From: Geosiphon pyriformis uo1
Lineage: Eukaryota; Fungi; Glomeromycota
DNA length: 64,000 bases
Direction: 5' to 3'
NCBI GenBank assembly: GCA_016748015.1
Contig: JAAOMT010000776.1
Span: 493,496-557,495 of the forward strand
A program made the position numbers and the translations under genes. A model generated the notes under the pieces. That model saw only the letters and a program-made list of their open reading frames with translations. It was not told the DNA's origin and did no database searches. Each line of letters begins with the position of its first letter. Within the stretch, counting starts at the first letter, position 1. Positions 61,047 to 64,000 of this stretch are shown one piece after another.

Positions 61047-61975
61047 CATGAAATTATCTTCATAATTCCTATTATTAATTAGCATATATTATTATAACTT
61101 CAATTATTACTTATTATTTAATCAAATTATCAAATATTATTACTCAATCAATAATTCAATTTGTACTCTAGAAATTAAGATGATCAAATTACACAATACC
61201 CTGAATTATTTAACATAGTCAAAATTCGCCGAAATTAATGAAAATTGGCCGAAATAATCAATAGTTCAGTGAAATAACTTGTAGTTTACCAAAATGTATC
61301 TTTAGTTCACCCAAATTATAGCAAAAGAGAAAAGTACAAGTTCAAAGACTAGTACTACAACAAGTTATATAAAAGAAGAGCTTTTCTCTTCAAGAAAATG
61401 TATCTTTTCATAGTATCTTACCATAGCATCTTACTTTAGATATCTTAATTAAAACAAATCACTTTTTATACATTTAAATAAAAATTAAATATTCGAAAAC
61501 CAAATCCTAAAATTATTATACTTGAAATTCTCTCAACAAAACTAACGTTTTGAAATTTATTAGCTACCAATTTCAATAATCTGTTAATAACTCCAGGCCT
61601 AGATAGAAAACGTTTCCCTTGTTAGAATTCTATTTATTTTATTTTTATTTTATTTTCTTATTACAATCATTAGAGTAGCCTACAGACAAAATTCCTGTAG
61701 AAGAGTTGATTTTTACAACAAAGTAACTACACATTTTAGTGAGCTTCCAGATGAGCAATTCCTGGAAAAGAGTTGACATTTACTACAACATAACTACATA
61801 AAGTAACTGGCAAGGAATTGGTCATTCCACTTATAAATCCAGCAGTTCAAATTATAAGAGATAATTTGAAGATAAATTCAGTTATTGGAGGTCCAACTAC
61901 TTCCTAAAAACGTAAATTTACAGCAAATCAACATTAACAACATTAAAAAAAAGAGACCAAAAACCTCTGGTAACA
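61015..61975 (+). repeat. 3' LTR of element E (961 bp)
   Basis: TGTTACCAG...CTGGTAACA; preceded by PPT AAAGAGGAGATTA; homologous to C LTRs. Confidence 0.93.
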
Positions 61976-64000
61976 ATGTTCAATTTTTATTAAAAATTGA
62001 TAAAAATATACAAATTGTTTAATAGTATCTTTAATGTTGTGAAATTGCATTTTTTGCTTTATGATTTGAATAATTTCTAGATTGAACTGTTTTTTTAAAT
62101 AATTTAAACTAAGACTAACAATCAAAACACTATAGTAATTGACAAGAAATTAAGCAGTTTTTATACAGATAAGTATTTATCTATACAAAGTATTGTTTTT
62201 GCTTTTTTTGTATTAGACAAAGTTTTTGATAATAGTCTTAAAATTTTTGTATAATACAAACTATTTATAGTTATTAAACAATTTATATAATTTTAAATTG
62301 TATCTAGTTTTTTAATTTTAATAATATTAAAAAACTAAACTGTAAATATAATAAATTAAGTTCTTTTCTTTTACATTTATAGTTTAATTTTTTGAATTAT
62401 ATTATATTTTATAAAGTTATTAAAGTTTAAAATTAGTTATTTTTATTATTAATCTTTAATTTTTAGATGCCAATCAATCAAATTTTAGCCAATCAGCAAT
62501 TATTAAAGTTATATTATCATGTAATAAATTATTAAAGTATTATCATTTTCTAAAAAGCTTCCAATTAATATTAATCTAATCTTTAGATAATTACTTTTTT
62601 ATAAAGATATAATATTTTTTAGTCTATGTGTCTTCTGCTAATAACACAGCACTATTAACTATGAATATTTTATTTACACTATCACCATATTTAGTTGTTA
62701 TTATTGGAACAGAAACCCAGATATTAATATTGTTTACACTAAACACCAAAGGAATTGTAAAAGTATTATAAGTAATTATTAAAGAATTTGGGAATGTTAT
62801 TTATGCTTTATTTGTAATCTTGCATCTTTCTTAATAAACATTGAAAACAACTAGCTTTGGTGCTGGAAGAAACAGATTTAAGGCAAGAATTGAAATAATT
62901 GTGACATGATTGGCTGTTGGTTCAAGAGTAATACTATGAACAAAATATTTAGTATTAAAAAACATTGCAAAAAATCAATTACTTGTTTCAATTCCTATAC
63001 CTTAAAGCAAGAGTATAATTCAAAATTTATGAAAAAAATTAATACAATTAATTTTTTAATGAATAGACTTTGCAGTAAATTATAGATGGTTTATCTTTTT
63101 TTGTAGTATTATATACCATAATATTTGAAGCATGTATTTTAAAATGGACAATACTATTTGATGACTTGGTAAATGTCTCTGATTTGTTTTTATTTATGGT
63201 TAAAAAAGTCTGTCAAATGCTTTTGTAAACACTATAATTGTTAATTTTCATGTAATTTTTAGGTTTTTCTGTACAATAAGTTCAATATCTGTCTCATTAT
63301 TTAATGTTTGATCAATAATTTGCATTCCATTAGAGTTGGTTTTCTTTTTTATGTACTTGTTTTTATTATGTAAATGCATTAGTTTAGATAAATATAAGAT
63401 TTTTTTTGAAGATCTTGGAACAAAGTCTTTAAGATAAGTCAAAAGAACTGGATGAGATGATGTTATAGTTAATAATAATTGATTATATAACTTGATTATT
63501 AAATTAGACAAAATATATAGCTGGCTAATATTTGTATTATTCAAAACTTTGATCTTTAACTTTATTTTCCCAAATGTTTCATTCTGTATATACTAATTTC
63601 CAAAGGCATTTATTGGCTTTTGTTGTTGTATAGTGACATATGATGAAAATATAAATGAGAAAAAAATTTGTTTATTTCAAGTTTTTAATGTATTATCAAT
63701 TGGTTTTTGATTAAAAATATGCTGCATAAAAGAAACCAAGACAGATTCTGCCAAAAAACTTTTTATAATTCATGGTTTTGAATAGTGTATTATGTATATT
63801 AATATAACTTTAGGCATAAAGAGAGATATTTTTTCAATTATTAATAGTAGCAAAAAATTTCAATGTCATTATATATAAAAATTCACATACATAGACATTA
63901 TTGTCATCAAATCTTTCAAAATATCTTATAAATAAATTCTGTAGAATTAAACTTACAGTAATTACATAACAATTTCAAAACAAATATTATATCTCAAACA

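Larger units (their letters stand above)
53788..61975 (+). mobile_element. 5'-truncated Ty3/Gypsy element E (same family as C): gag from capsid, PR, Cys-rich module, dUTPase, RT, RH, IN, ORF3, 3' LTR
   Basis: Colinear with the reverse complement of element C (e.g. LILDSGSAGSII, CDQTCQYALSISEKVKRGTPF, IASRSSLASKGINVRG); lacks 5' LTR and gag N-extension. Confidence 0.93.

Noticed and set aside
1-64000. rRNA, tRNA or other structured RNA genes
   Set aside because: None recognised by eye; the tRNA-complementary bits are PBS sequences only.

Overview
AT-rich eukaryotic DNA, most likely a fungus of the Mucoromycota/Glomeromycotina type (inferred from ~70-90 nt introns, an HMG-less Pob3, an AA5 oxidase and the TE types). 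A ~6 kb gene island (36.4-42.7 kb) holds a 12-exon POB3/SSRP1 gene (+) and a secreted copper radical oxidase gene (-). The rest is decayed retrotransposons. Positions 1-27 kb are a five-layer nest: LINE fragment < LTR D < Gypsy A < Gypsy B (1973-21844) < Gypsy C (9373-19214); B and C have 4-bp TSDs. Two RNase H-bearing LINEs follow (27.2-35.5 kb), then a heavily eroded LTR graveyard (42.7-53.8 kb) and a 5'-truncated copy of family C (53.8-62.0 kb). The most interesting signal is the architecture these Ty3/Gypsy elements share. They have a single gag-pol frame with a long Met-less N-terminal extension starting at a conserved AAAGTGG. A ~300-aa multi-zinc-finger module, a dUTPase and a dUTPase-like remnant sit between protease and RT. 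A conserved ~215-240-aa third ORF of unknown function lies between integrase and the 3' LTR. All TE copies are inactivated mostly by C>T/G>A transitions. No database searches were run; all alignments are by eye.
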